A DNA stretch of 40,000 nucleotides, taken from assembly GCA_050185585.1 (NCBI GenBank), contig JBFWZH010000001.1:261003-301002 (forward strand). Reading direction: 5' to 3'. Under the pieces are notes generated by a model. It made no database searches and was not told the DNA's origin. It worked only from the letters and a program-made list of their open reading frames with translations. The translations under genes were made by a program, and so were the position numbers. This stretch comes from Sphingomonadales bacterium (GTDB taxonomy: Bacteria; Pseudomonadota; Alphaproteobacteria; SMXS01). Each line of letters starts with the position of its first letter. The stretch's first letter is position 1. Of this stretch, positions 1 through 10,397 are shown one piece after another.

Positions 1-339
1 GCGAAGGCCGGCGTGTCCCTAAACCCCTCGACGCCGGTCGAGGCGGTCGACTTCGTGCTGGGCGACATCGACCTGATCCTCGTGATGAGCGTCAATCCGG
101 GCTTCGGCGGCCAATCGTTCATCGACAGCCAGCTTGCCAAGATCGAGCGGCTGCGTACCATGATCGACCGCAGCGGCCGTGAGATCGACCTGGAGGTGGA
201 CGGCGGCGTGACCGCCGACAATGCCGCCGGGGTCATCGCGGCGGGCGCGGACGTTCTCGTTGCCGGAACGGCGGCGTTCAAGGGAGGACCGGTGCAGTAC
301 CCGGACAATATCCGCCGGCTCCGCGGCCCGTCAGCCTGA
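1..339 (+). CDS. rpe: Ribulose-phosphate 3-epimerase, C-terminal fragment (5' end lies outside the window)
   Basis: Frame 1 is open from base 1 to the TGA at 337-339. The translation contains MSVNPGFGGQSF, DLEVDGGV and AGADVLVAGTAAF, typical Rpe barrel and phosphate-binding motifs. Confidence 0.85.
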   Translation, partial: AKAGVSLNPSTPVEAVDFVLGDIDLILVMSVNPGFGGQSFIDSQLAKIERLRTMIDRSGREIDLEVDGGVTADNAAGVIAAGADVLVAGTAAFKGGPVQYPDNIRRLRGPSA

Positions 340-353
340 CCCGCCGGAGCGCC

Positions 354-2024
354 ATGGCCAAAAAGGCGAAAACCAGGTTCATCGATCCGACCCGCGGCAT
401 GGCGAGCGGATTGCGGGATCGCCTGCGCACCTTCTATTACGACACGTTCCTGTATCGCCGGGTGCTGAAGGGCGCCCATCCGGTGCAGATCAAGTTCAAC
501 CCCAAGAACCACTGGGGCGGCGACGTGGCCGTGGCCGATGCCCTGTTCCGCGGCCAGTACAGCTTCGCCGGCCACACGGTCAGCGCCCCCAACGAGAACC
601 CTTGGCGTCTGACCGCGCCCAGCCAGGCCTGGCAGGACGAGCTGCATTCCTTCAACTGGCTGCGGCATTTCCGCGCCCAGGGCGGCGACGCGGCCAAGCG
701 GCACGTGGAATCGCTGATCAAGAAATGGCTGCAGGATTTCCAGGAGTGGGATCCGGTCGCCTGGCAGCCGGAAGTGATCGCCCAGCGGCTGATCGCCTGG
801 ATGAGCAACGCATCCATGGCGGTGAGCACCCAGGATCTGGTGCACCACAGCGCGGTAATGAATTCCATGGCGCGCCAGGCCCGGCACCTGGCGCGCACCG
901 CGCCCATCGCCCGCGACGGGCTGCCGCGGCTCATCGCCATCATCGGCCTCGTCTATAGCGGCTTCTGCCTGCCGGAAGGCGCGCGGCGGCTGTCGAAGGG
1001 CCTGCAGCTGCTCGAGCGCGAGCTGGACCGGCTGGTGCTGGCCGATGGCTGCATCGTCACCCGAAATCCCAGCGACCAGTTCGAGGCGCTCAAGGCGCTC
1101 GTCGCGCTGAAGGCCGATCTTCGCGGCGCCAACCAGGACATGCCCAACTACATCCAGCGGGCCATCGACCGTATGGCGCCCATGCTGCGATTCTTCCGGC
1201 TGGGCGACGGCAGGCTGGCGCTGTTCAATGGCAGCTTCGAGGAATCCGCCGAGGCGATCGACCAGGTGCTCGAGGCCGCCAAGGCCGCGGGCAAGCCCCT
1301 GGGCGGCGCCATCTATTCCGGCTTCCAGCGGGTCCAGGCCGGCCAAGCGATCATCCTCGTCGATGCCGGGTCGCCGCCGCTGGGCGACCTCAGCGTCGGC
1401 GCCCATGCCAGCCCCAACGCCTTCGAGATGTCGGTGGGCGCCGAGCGGCTGATCGTCAATTGCGGCTCCAGCGACGAGATCATGGTTGACGGCCTGCAGA
1501 AGGTCAGCCGTACCACCGCGGCCCACTCGACGCTGATCATCGACAACCGCAACTCGTTCCCGATTCTCCAGAACCAGCGCATCGGCAAGCGCCCGAAGAA
1601 GGTGCTGGCGGTGCGCGACGAGATGGACGACACAGTCAGCCTCGACATCACCCATTACGGATACTTCACGGCCTTCGGCTACGAGCATGAGCGCATCCTG
1701 AAGGTGGCGCGCAGCGGCAAGGTGGTCGAGGGCATCGACGCGCTGCGCTCGGTGAGCCGGAAGAAGCGGCCGAAGGCGCCGGTCGACATTCGCTTTCACC
1801 TGCACTCGGACGTGGATGCCAGGCGCACGGTCGACGGCGGCGCCGTGGAACTGAAGCTTCCATCGGGCGCCATGTGGCGCTTCGAGTCCACCCACGGCGT
1901 CAACGTGGAAGAGAGCCTCTATCTGGGCGAGCGGGGCCAGGTGCGGTCGACGCGGCAGCTGGTGGTGAGCAGCACCACGGGCGCCTCGCGGCTGCAGATC
2001 AACTGGCGCCTGCTCAAAGTCTAA
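354..2024 (+). CDS. Heparinase II/III-like family protein (conserved alphaproteobacterial protein between rpe and purH)
   Basis: 556-aa ORF with ATG at 354 and GGAG 4 nt upstream. The family is recognised from overall sequence character (NWLRHF, IAQRLIAWM) and from the conserved position next to purH. No catalytic claim is made. Confidence 0.6.
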   Translation: MAKKAKTRFIDPTRGMASGLRDRLRTFYYDTFLYRRVLKGAHPVQIKFNPKNHWGGDVAVADALFRGQYSFAGHTVSAPNENPWRLTAPSQAWQDELHSFNWLRHFRAQGGDAAKRHVESLIKKWLQDFQEWDPVAWQPEVIAQRLIAWMSNASMAVSTQDLVHHSAVMNSMARQARHLARTAPIARDGLPRLIAIIGLVYSGFCLPEGARRLSKGLQLLERELDRLVLADGCIVTRNPSDQFEALKALVALKADLRGANQDMPNYIQRAIDRMAPMLRFFRLGDGRLALFNGSFEESAEAIDQVLEAAKAAGKPLGGAIYSGFQRVQAGQAIILVDAGSPPLGDLSVGAHASPNAFEMSVGAERLIVNCGSSDEIMVDGLQKVSRTTAAHSTLIIDNRNSFPILQNQRIGKRPKKVLAVRDEMDDTVSLDITHYGYFTAFGYEHERILKVARSGKVVEGIDALRSVSRKKRPKAPVDIRFHLHSDVDARRTVDGGAVELKLPSGAMWRFESTHGVNVEESLYLGERGQVRSTRQLVVSSTTGASRLQINWRLLKV

Positions 2025-2045
2025 GACCAACAAGAAAGAACACCG

Positions 2046-3626
2046 ATGACCGACCAACCCATCCGCCGGGCGCTGCTCTCCGTTTCCGACAAGTCCGGCC
2101 TCGTCGACCTTGGCCGCTTCCTTGCTGGCCACGGCGTCGAGATCCTGTCCACCGGCGGCTCGGCCAAGCTGCTGGCCGACAACGGCATTCCCGTGCGCGA
2201 GGTGGCGGATTACACCGGCTTCCCCGAGATGATGGACGGCAGGGTGAAGACGCTCCATCCCAAGGTCCATGGCGGCCTGCTGGGCCTGCGCGACAGGCAC
2301 GCGGACGCCATGACGCAGCACCAGATCGGCGCCATCGACCTGCTGGTGGTCAATCTCTACCCGTTCGAGGAGACCGTGGCGAAGGGCGCCGGGTTCGACG
2401 AGTGCATCGAGAACATCGACATCGGCGGCCCGGCCATGATCCGTTCGGCGGCCAAAAACCACAAATTCGTCACCGTGGTCGTCGAGGCCGGCGACTACAA
2501 GGCGGTGATCGACGACATGACCGCCCATGGCGGCGCGACCACCCAGGCGACGCGGCGCAAGCTGGCCGCCAAGGCCTATGCGCGCACGGCGTCCTATGAT
2601 TCGGCCATCTCCGGCTGGTTCGCCGGCCAGCTCGGCGAGACCTTCCCCGAGCGGCTGACCATCGCCGGAAGGCTGCAGCAGACTTTGCGCTACGGCGAGA
2701 ACCCGCACCAGCAGGCCGCCTTCTATGTCTCCGGCGACACGCGTCCGGGCGTCGCCGCCGCGCGCCAGCTCCAGGGCAAGGAGCTTTCCTACAACAACCT
2801 CAACGACACCGACGCCGCCTACGAGGCCGTCGCCGAGTTCGCGCCGGCCGAATCGCCGGCCGTCGTCATCGTGAAGCACGCCAATCCCTGCGGCGTCGCC
2901 ATCGCGCCGTCCATGGCCGAGGCCTATCGCCGGGCGCTCGCCTGCGACCCGGTCAGCGCGTTCGGGGGCATCATCGCGCTCAACGACACGCTCGATGCCG
3001 AGACTGCTGCCGAGATATCGAAGATTTTCACCGAGGTGATCATCGCTCCGGATGCCACCGACGAGGCGCGCGAGATCATCGCCGCCAAGAAGAATTTACG
3101 CCTGCTGCTGGCCGGCGGCCTGCCCGATCCGGCGGCGCCCGGCATGGCGGTGAAGTCGGTCGCGGGCGGCTACCTGCTGCAGAACCGCGACAATGGCCGG
3201 GTGTTCCGCGACGGCCTGAAGGTGGTGACGAAGCGCGCGCCGACCGAGCAGGAGCTGACCGACCTGCTGTTCGCGTTCCGCGTCTGCAAGCACGTCAAGT
3301 CGAACACCATCGTCTATGTGAAGGACGGCGCCACGGTCGGCGTCGGCGCCGGCCAGATGAGCCGGGTCGATTCAGCCCGCATCGCGGCGCGCAAGGCGCA
3401 GGACGTGGCCGAGGCCGAGGGGCTCGCCGAGCCGCGCACGAAAGGCTCGGTGGTCGCCTCGGACGCCTTCTTCCCCTTCGCCGACGGGCTGCTCGCCGCC
3501 GCCGAGGCCGGCGCGACCGCCGTCATCCAGCCCGGCGGCTCCATGCGCGACCAGGAAGTCATCGACGCGGCGGATGAAGCGGGATTGGCTATGGTGCTGA
3601 CGGGAATGCGGCACTTCCGGCATTGA
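2046..3626 (+). CDS. purH: Bifunctional AICAR formyltransferase / IMP cyclohydrolase
   Basis: 526 aa. N-terminal [12 protein letters not shown] and [10 protein letters not shown] match the IMPCH/MGS-like domain. YGENPHQ, KHANPCG and QPGGSMRD match the AICARFT domain. Confidence 0.95.
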   Translation: MTDQPIRRALLSVSDKSGLVDLGRFLAGHGVEILSTGGSAKLLADNGIPVREVADYTGFPEMMDGRVKTLHPKVHGGLLGLRDRHADAMTQHQIGAIDLLVVNLYPFEETVAKGAGFDECIENIDIGGPAMIRSAAKNHKFVTVVVEAGDYKAVIDDMTAHGGATTQATRRKLAAKAYARTASYDSAISGWFAGQLGETFPERLTIAGRLQQTLRYGENPHQQAAFYVSGDTRPGVAAARQLQGKELSYNNLNDTDAAYEAVAEFAPAESPAVVIVKHANPCGVAIAPSMAEAYRRALACDPVSAFGGIIALNDTLDAETAAEISKIFTEVIIAPDATDEAREIIAAKKNLRLLLAGGLPDPAAPGMAVKSVAGGYLLQNRDNGRVFRDGLKVVTKRAPTEQELTDLLFAFRVCKHVKSNTIVYVKDGATVGVGAGQMSRVDSARIAARKAQDVAEAEGLAEPRTKGSVVASDAFFPFADGLLAAAEAGATAVIQPGGSMRDQEVIDAADEAGLAMVLTGMRHFRH

Positions 3627-3754
3627 ATGCAGCCGAGACGGCCGAGAAGGTCCAAAGGGCGGTCGCTAAGCCCGGGTCCGGCAGGTAACGGTGCGCGGCA
3701 TCCCGTCCTTCGCGACGCGCTGCGCACTCCTCACGGCTCTCGGCGAAGAAGACC

Positions 3755-6700
3755 TCAGATCGACGCGAACACACCCCTGATCTGCCGCGCCACGTAGCCC
3801 AGCTTGCCGACGGTGACGCTGCCGCTGGACTGCATCTCGGCGATCAGCTCCTGGGCGCGCTCGAGCGCCTTGGCGTGGTGCTCGGCCCAGGCATCGAGGC
3901 TACCTTCGGCCAGCGCCATGCCGGTCAGCTCGCGCTGCTGGTCGTACAGGTCGTCGACGATGCTGCCCAGCGCCAGACGGTCCCAGTGATCGCCGGTGAC
4001 GACCATGTCGGTGGCGCCGCGCAGCCAGTCCAGGCCGGTGCGTTCGCCGACGGCGAAATAGGCGCGGGCGATGTCGTCGAGCGATCCGTCGACGCGCTCC
4101 TTGAGCAGCACGATGTCAGGGGCCGAGAGCATGGGCTCGAGGCAGGCGATGCGGTGCGCGAGTTCCGCCGGCACGCCCTTGGCCACCAGCAGGCTGATGC
4201 GTTCGGCGACGGCGTCGCCGCTGCTGACCTCCATGAGGGCGTCCGATGCCTGGAGCGCCTGCACGCCGGGCTGGAACCGCTCCACCACCGTGCGGATGTC
4301 GAGCGGCAGGCCCAGATGGGTCAGGAACCAGCTCGAGAAGCGGTGGAGCTGCTCCTTCGCTTCCAGGATCATGTCGGTCTGCACCCGCGCCGGGACCATG
4401 TTGTCCAGCCGGTCGATGTCGTCCCAGACCTTCTGGAGGCCCATTACCTCGCGGGCGACGATATAGGCGGTGGCGATCTGGTCGACGGGCGCGCCGCTTT
4501 CCTCGGCGACGCGGGTAACGAAGGTAATGCCCGCCCGGTTGACGATCTCGTTGGCGACCGTCATGGCGATGATGTTTCGCCGCAGCTGGTGATCCTTGAT
4601 CCGTGCGGCGAAGCGCTCACGCATGGCTGGCGGGAAGTAACCGATCAGGTCGTTGCAGATCCACGGGTCGTCGGGCAGATCACTCCGGGCCAGGCGCCGC
4701 TTCAGCTGGTTCTTGGCATAGGCGAGCAGCACCGACAGCTCGGGGCGGGTAAGCCCTTCTCCCGCCGCGTGCCGCCGGGCGATTTCCTCGTCGTCGGGCA
4801 GGAACTCCACCGGTCTGTCCAGCGTGCCCTCGTGCTCGAGCCGGTGCATGAAGCGCGCCTGGGCATCCAGCAGTTCGGCGGCACGGGCCTCGGTGGTCGA
4901 GATGGTCTCGGTCTGGCGGTAATTGGTGGCGAGGACCAAGGCCGCGACGTCGTCTGTCATCTCCACCAGCAGGGCGTTGCGCTGCTTCTCGGTCATGTCG
5001 CCGTCGGCGACCACGGCGTTGAGCAGAATCTTGATGTTGACCTCGTAGTCCGAGCAGTTGACGCCTGCCGAATTGTCGACCGCGTCGGTATTGAGCCGGC
5101 CGCCGCGCTGCGCGTATTCGATGCGGCCGCGCTGGGTGAAGCCCAGATTGCCACCCTCGCCGACGACCTTGAAGCGGAGATCCTTGCCGTCGACGCGCAG
5201 CACGTCGTTGGCACGGTCGCCCACCTCGCCATGGCTTTCGCCGCTCGCCTTCACATAGGTGCCGATGCCGCCCACCCAGAGCAGGTCCGCCTCCGCCTTG
5301 AGCAGGGCATGGATCAGTTCGGCCGGGGTCGTCGTGTCGGCGTCGAGCCCCGCCAGCGCCTTGATCTGCGGCGTCAGGGTGATCGCCTTGACGTTGCGCG
5401 CGAAGACGCCGCCGCCATCCGAGATCAGCTCCGGGTTGTAGTCAACCCAGCTGGAGCGTGGCAGCTCGAACAGCCGCTTGCGCTCCGCGAAGCTGGCTTC
5501 GGGATCGGGTTCGGGGTCGATGAATACGTGGCGGTGGTCGAAGGCCGCCACCAGCTTGATCGCCGGAGACAGCAGCATGCCGTTGCCGAACACGTCGCCC
5601 GACATGTCGCCGATGCCGACGACGGTCACGGGTTGGGTCTGCACGTCGATGCCCAGTTCGCGGAAGTGGCGTTGCACGCTGATCCAGGCGCCGCGGGCGG
5701 TGATGCCCATCTTCTTGTGGTCGTAGCCGTTGCTGCCGCCCGAGGCGAACGCGTCACCCAGCCAGAAGCCGTAGTGCAGCGAGATCTCGTTGGCGATGTC
5801 CGAGAAGCTGGCCGTGCCCTTGTCGGCGGCGACCACCAGATAGGGGTCGTCCTCGTCGTAGCGGACCACGTTGGGCGGCGGGGCGACCTGGCCGCCGACG
5901 ATGTTGTCGGTGACGTCGAGCAGGCCGGCCATCAGCGTCCGGTAGCAGCGGATGCCCTCGGCCTGGATTTCCTCGCGCGTGCCCTGTTCCGGCAGGCGCT
6001 TGGGCACGAAACCGCCCTTGGCGCCGTCGGGCACGATCACCGAGTTCTTCACCATCTGCGCCTTGATCAAGCCCAGGATTTCGGTACGGAAATCCTCCGG
6101 CCGGTCAGACCAGCGGATGCCGCCGCGCGCGACCCTGCCGCCGCGCAGATGGATGCCCTCCATCCACGGCGAGTAGACGAAGATTTCGACCAGCGGCCGC
6201 GGCTTGGGCAGCCCCTGTACCGAATGGCTGTCCAGCTTCAGCGACAGATAGGCCTTGTGCCTGCCATCGGGGCCTGGCTGATAGTAGTTGGTGCGCAGGG
6301 TCGACTGGATCAGGTTCATGAACCGCCGGATGATGCGGTCCTCGTCCAGGCTCTGGACCGACTCCAGCTGGACCTCGATCGTCCGGGTGATCTGGTCGGC
6401 GGCAGCCGGGTCTGCGGCGGCGGGGTTGAACCGGACGGCGAACAGCTTGACCAGGTTGCCCACGATGTCAGGATTGTTGGTCAGCGACTTGCGCATGTAG
6501 GACTGCGAGAAGGTCGTGCCCGCCTGGCGCATGTATTTCAGATAAGCGCGCAGGATGACGATCTCGCGCCAGCCCATGGACGTGTGCAGCATGAGCTGGT
6601 TCAGGCTGTCGTCCTCGACCGAGCCGTCCCACATCTCGGACAGCGCGTCCTCGAGCGGCGCCTTGACGTCGCGCAGCCTGTGCTCGTCGCCGGTGGCGTC

Positions 6701-8542
6701 GAGCAGCAGGATGTCGTGGATCCACGCTTCGTGCTCGTGTCCCTTGGGCTGGATGGAGTAGGCCTGTTCCTCCATCACCTTGAGACCCAGGTTCTCCAGC
6801 TTGGGCAGCACGTCGCTGAGCGCCACCAGATGGCTGGCGTGATAGATCTTCACCCGCAGCACGTTGCCCTGGTCGCCTACACGGCGATAGACGTTGAACG
6901 CGCTGGATTCAGGGCTTGCCAGCGCGTCCAGCTTCTCGATGTCCTGGACCGCCAGTTCCGGCTCGTAGGCGTCGCAGTAGGACAGGCTGATGCCGCCGGC
7001 ATAGCGGTTCCAGAGATGGTTGCCTCGCTCGTCGCCGAAATGCTCGCGCAGGCTGTCCTTCAACTGGTCGCGCCACGCTCGGATGATCTCGGTGACCTGA
7101 TCATCGAGCTCGTCGGAATCCACGTCCGGCAGCGGACCCGGCGGCAGGCTGAGCAGCAGGTGCATTCGGGCGAGCGGCGAATCGCCGATCTGGAGGTTCT
7201 CGGAGGCGATCTCGCCGCCCAGGGCGTCCGCGAACAGCGCCGAAATGCGCTGGCGGCGGTCGTCGGTGAAGGAGTCCTTGGGAATGAACACCTGCACCGA
7301 GGCGAAACCGCCATAGGGGTCCATGCGGATGAACGACTTGGCGTGCGGCCGCTCGAGCAGGCGCAGGATGCCGATCGCGGTCTCGTACAATTCGTCCGGC
7401 TCTATCTGGAACAGCTCGTCGCGTGGATAGGCCTGCAGGATGTTTGTGAAGATCTTGCCGTCGTGGCTGTAGCGGTTGAAGCCGGCCCGCTGGGTGACGA
7501 TGGCGGCCTTGCGCCGCAGCACCGGGATCGACTTCGGCGACATGGAATAGGCCAGCGAAGTGAACATGCCGATGAAGCGCCACTCGCCGACCAGCACGCC
7601 CTCGTCGTCGTAGCGCTTCACGCCGACGTAATCCAGCTGCACCGGCCGGTGCACGGTCGATCGCCTGTGCGCCTTGCCGACGATCAGCGGCGTGGGGTGA
7701 TCGAGGAACTCCCGCGCGCTGGGCGGCAGCAACGAGTCGGCGCCCTGCTCGCGCAGTACCGGGAACTCCGGATCGCGCATCAGGCCAAGGCCTTCGTCGA
7801 CATCCGTGATGGCGTGCCACGCGCCGTTCCGGTCGACGAAGTCGTATTCGCGGAATCCGAGGAAGGTGAAGTTGTCGTCGGCCAGCCAGTTCAGGAAGTC
7901 CACGGCCTCCTGCACTTCCTCGACCGGCGCCGGTCCCGGATGCGCCAGCAGCCAGTCGACCGCGCCGCGCAGCCGCGCGACCATGGGCTGCCAATCGTCG
8001 AAGGTGGTGCGCGCATCGGCCAGGACGGCGGCTACACCGGTTTCGATCGCCTCCAGCGACTCGGGCGAGGTCTGCTGGTCGATCTCGAGATACATGTAGG
8101 ACTCGACGTAGCCCAGGCCCTGGGGCGCGCGCTGGCCGGCAACGTCGCGTTCCACGGTCATAACCGGATGCACCAGCATGGTGATCTCGCGGCCCTGCCG
8201 CGCCAGTTCGGCGGTGACCGAATCGACCAGGAACGGCATGTCGTCGTTGACGATCTCGACCACGGTATGGCGGTCCTGCCAGCCAGTCTCCTCGAGCGAC
8301 GGATTGAACGCCTGCACCTTGGCCATGCCCGGTTCGCGGTTCGCGGCGAAGCGCCATAACGACAGGGCCAGCGCGAACAGGCTTTCGGGTCGGCGCTCCA
8401 GAAGGTCCTCGGGCGTCACGCCTGCGAAGAACCGCGTCATGAACTCCAGGAACGGGCCTGCCTCGGCGGCGCTAAGGCTTTCCTGAGCCAATTCGCCGAT
8501 ACGGTCCAGATGCTGCTGCTTCCGGTCCCAGCGGTTGTCCAT
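3755..8542 (-). CDS. gdhZ: Large NAD-specific glutamate dehydrogenase (about 180 kDa class)
   Basis: 1595-aa ORF with ATG at 8542 preceded by AAGGGGGA. Central GGIRWSDR ... KGGFV ... GDMSGDVFGNGML motifs are typical of the GdhB/GdhZ-type large GDH family. Confidence 0.9.
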   Translation of the reverse strand: MDNRWDRKQQHLDRIGELAQESLSAAEAGPFLEFMTRFFAGVTPEDLLERRPESLFALALSLWRFAANREPGMAKVQAFNPSLEETGWQDRHTVVEIVNDDMPFLVDSVTAELARQGREITMLVHPVMTVERDVAGQRAPQGLGYVESYMYLEIDQQTSPESLEAIETGVAAVLADARTTFDDWQPMVARLRGAVDWLLAHPGPAPVEEVQEAVDFLNWLADDNFTFLGFREYDFVDRNGAWHAITDVDEGLGLMRDPEFPVLREQGADSLLPPSAREFLDHPTPLIVGKAHRRSTVHRPVQLDYVGVKRYDDEGVLVGEWRFIGMFTSLAYSMSPKSIPVLRRKAAIVTQRAGFNRYSHDGKIFTNILQAYPRDELFQIEPDELYETAIGILRLLERPHAKSFIRMDPYGGFASVQVFIPKDSFTDDRRQRISALFADALGGEIASENLQIGDSPLARMHLLLSLPPGPLPDVDSDELDDQVTEIIRAWRDQLKDSLREHFGDERGNHLWNRYAGGISLSYCDAYEPELAVQDIEKLDALASPESSAFNVYRRVGDQGNVLRVKIYHASHLVALSDVLPKLENLGLKVMEEQAYSIQPKGHEHEAWIHDILLLDATGDEHRLRDVKAPLEDALSEMWDGSVEDDSLNQLMLHTSMGWREIVILRAYLKYMRQAGTTFSQSYMRKSLTNNPDIVGNLVKLFAVRFNPAAADPAAADQITRTIEVQLESVQSLDEDRIIRRFMNLIQSTLRTNYYQPGPDGRHKAYLSLKLDSHSVQGLPKPRPLVEIFVYSPWMEGIHLRGGRVARGGIRWSDRPEDFRTEILGLIKAQMVKNSVIVPDGAKGGFVPKRLPEQGTREEIQAEGIRCYRTLMAGLLDVTDNIVGGQVAPPPNVVRYDEDDPYLVVAADKGTASFSDIANEISLHYGFWLGDAFASGGSNGYDHKKMGITARGAWISVQRHFRELGIDVQTQPVTVVGIGDMSGDVFGNGMLLSPAIKLVAAFDHRHVFIDPEPDPEASFAERKRLFELPRSSWVDYNPELISDGGGVFARNVKAITLTPQIKALAGLDADTTTPAELIHALLKAEADLLWVGGIGTYVKASGESHGEVGDRANDVLRVDGKDLRFKVVGEGGNLGFTQRGRIEYAQRGGRLNTDAVDNSAGVNCSDYEVNIKILLNAVVADGDMTEKQRNALLVEMTDDVAALVLATNYRQTETISTTEARAAELLDAQARFMHRLEHEGTLDRPVEFLPDDEEIARRHAAGEGLTRPELSVLLAYAKNQLKRRLARSDLPDDPWICNDLIGYFPPAMRERFAARIKDHQLRRNIIAMTVANEIVNRAGITFVTRVAEESGAPVDQIATAYIVAREVMGLQKVWDDIDRLDNMVPARVQTDMILEAKEQLHRFSSWFLTHLGLPLDIRTVVERFQPGVQALQASDALMEVSSGDAVAERISLLVAKGVPAELAHRIACLEPMLSAPDIVLLKERVDGSLDDIARAYFAVGERTGLDWLRGATDMVVTGDHWDRLALGSIVDDLYDQQRELTGMALAEGSLDAWAEHHAKALERAQELIAEMQSSGSVTVGKLGYVARQIRGVFASI

Positions 8543-8654
8543 CGTTCCCCCTTTCGCCCGACAGTCCGTTAACGGGCGCTCGGTCTGCTACAATATAGGA
8601 ACTCTGTGGCGATTTGGCGAAACCCCGCCAAAACCGCGCCTCCCGAAAGGAACG

Positions 8655-10397
8655 ATGCCGATGCCGGAAATGGCCGTTGATCAGGAAACCGGCCTGCCGT
8701 TCCTGACCGAGCTGCTCACCTTCCTGCTGACCGCGATTGTGGTGGTGCCCGTCTCGCGCTTCCTGCGCGTCAGCCCGATCATCGGCTTCCTGGGAGTGGG
8801 CGTGCTCGTGGCGCCGACGGCGCTGGGCATCGCGCGCGATCCCGAGCGGATCGAATCGCTGGCCGAGCTTGGCGTCGTCTTTCTCATGTTCACCATAGGT
8901 CTCGAGCTATCGCTCGAGCGGTTGTGGAAGGCCCGCAGCTACGTCTTCGGCATGGGCGGGCTGCAGTTGCTGGCATGCGGCGGCGTGATCGCGATCATCG
9001 CCTGGCTCTGGGGCAATCCGGCCGAGGCAAGTGTGCTGCTCGGGCTGTCACTGGCGTTGTCGTCGACGGCCATGGTGATGCAACTCCTGGTCGAACGAGG
9101 CCAGATCTCCACCCGCGCCGGCCGCACCAGCTTCGCCATCCTGCTGTTCCAGGACCTGGCGGTGGTGCCGATCCTGTTCCTGACCGGACTGATGAGCGCC
9201 AAGGGCGCAGAGTCCGGAGCGCTTGGCTTCGCGCTCGCCCTGGGCAAGGCGGCGCTGGCGGTCGCCATCATCCTGGTGCTGGGGCGCCTGCTGCTCAGGC
9301 CGTTGTTCCGCCGGGCCGCGGCGCTGCGCAGTCCCGAGCTGTTCATGGCCATGACCCTGCTCGCCCTCCTCGGTACGGCCGTCGCCACCCATCATGCGGG
9401 GCTGTCGATGGCGCTTGGCGCGTTTCTCGCCGGGATGCTGCTGGGCGAGAGCGAATTCCGGCACCAGATCGACGCCAACATCCAGCCGTTCAAGGGGCTG
9501 CTGCTGGGCCTGTTCTTCATCTCCGTCGGCATGCGCATCGACCTGTCGCTGATCGTCGACGACTGGGGGCGCGTCGCGGCCGCGGTTGTCGGCCTCTATG
9601 CCATCAAGACGGCGGTCATCACGCTGCTGGCGCTGGTCTGGCGGCACAGTCTGCCGCAGGCGCTCCAGGTGGGCTTCAACCTGGGCCAGGGCGGCGAATT
9701 CGCCTTCATCGTCGTGGCGGCGGCGCTGTCGGGGTCCCTGATCGATCCGGGCACGGCCCAGTTCATGCTGGTCGTGACCGGTCTCAGCATCGCCGTGACA
9801 CCGTTCGCGGTGCTGCTGGGAGAATGGGTGTCCCGCAAGGCGGCGGAGCGTGTCCCCGAGGATCGGGTCGGCGGAACGCCCGACGAATTCGCGGATCTGG
9901 AGGACCATGTGGTGATCGCCGGGTTTGGCCGGGTTGGACGCACGGTCTCGCGGCTGCTCGCCGAGTATCGGATTCCCTATGTGGCGCTCGACATGAACGC
10001 CGAGAACGTGTCGCGCCTGCACCGCACCGGCATGCCCGTGTTCTTCGGCGATGCCAGGCGCCCCGAGGTGCTGGAGGCGGTACGTGTCCACCGCGCCTCC
10101 GCGCTGGTCATCACCCTGGACGATCGGGAAAGCGCGCGCCGGGCGCTCGAGACGGCGCATCACCACTGGCCGGGCCTGAAGGTGTTCGTCCGCGCCCGCG
10201 ACACCGACGACGCCCGCGAGCTGATGGAGATCGGCGCCCGCCAGGCGGTGCCGGAAATGGTCGAATCAAGCCTGCAGCTGGCGACCGAGGTCCTCACCGA
10301 CCGGGGAATCCCGGTCGATGCGGTGACACCGCTGGTCGAACAGGTTCGCGGCCAGGTCTACGACACGATCAGGCGGAAAGACGCCGGGGCAGGTTGA
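8655..10397 (+). CDS. kefB: CPA2-family monovalent cation:proton antiporter with C-terminal RCK/TrkA-N domain (KefB/KefC-like K+ efflux protein)
   Basis: Multi-helix hydrophobic N-terminal two thirds, followed by the Rossmann motif VVIAGFGRVGRTVSRLL. I chose the internal ATG at 8655 (AAAGGA upstream) over the track start at 8535, which overlaps the gdhZ start. Confidence 0.8.
   Translation: MPMPEMAVDQETGLPFLTELLTFLLTAIVVVPVSRFLRVSPIIGFLGVGVLVAPTALGIARDPERIESLAELGVVFLMFTIGLELSLERLWKARSYVFGMGGLQLLACGGVIAIIAWLWGNPAEASVLLGLSLALSSTAMVMQLLVERGQISTRAGRTSFAILLFQDLAVVPILFLTGLMSAKGAESGALGFALALGKAALAVAIILVLGRLLLRPLFRRAAALRSPELFMAMTLLALLGTAVATHHAGLSMALGAFLAGMLLGESEFRHQIDANIQPFKGLLLGLFFISVGMRIDLSLIVDDWGRVAAAVVGLYAIKTAVITLLALVWRHSLPQALQVGFNLGQGGEFAFIVVAAALSGSLIDPGTAQFMLVVTGLSIAVTPFAVLLGEWVSRKAAERVPEDRVGGTPDEFADLEDHVVIAGFGRVGRTVSRLLAEYRIPYVALDMNAENVSRLHRTGMPVFFGDARRPEVLEAVRVHRASALVITLDDRESARRALETAHHHWPGLKVFVRARDTDDARELMEIGARQAVPEMVESSLQLATEVLTDRGIPVDAVTPLVEQVRGQVYDTIRRKDAGAG

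Noticed and set aside
3627-3754. Possible bidirectional terminator between the convergent purH and gdhZ genes
   Set aside because: Only short, imperfect inverted repeats were found by eye, with no clear stem plus U-tract. This was not strong enough to call.
3875-8359. 1494-aa ORF on the plus strand spanning almost the whole NAD-GDH locus
   Set aside because: It is antisense to a full-length, motif-rich glutamate dehydrogenase gene. Its translation is a low-complexity Arg/Gly/Ala/Val/Asp-rich sequence with no recognisable motif. Long stop-free antisense frames are expected in very GC-rich coding DNA.
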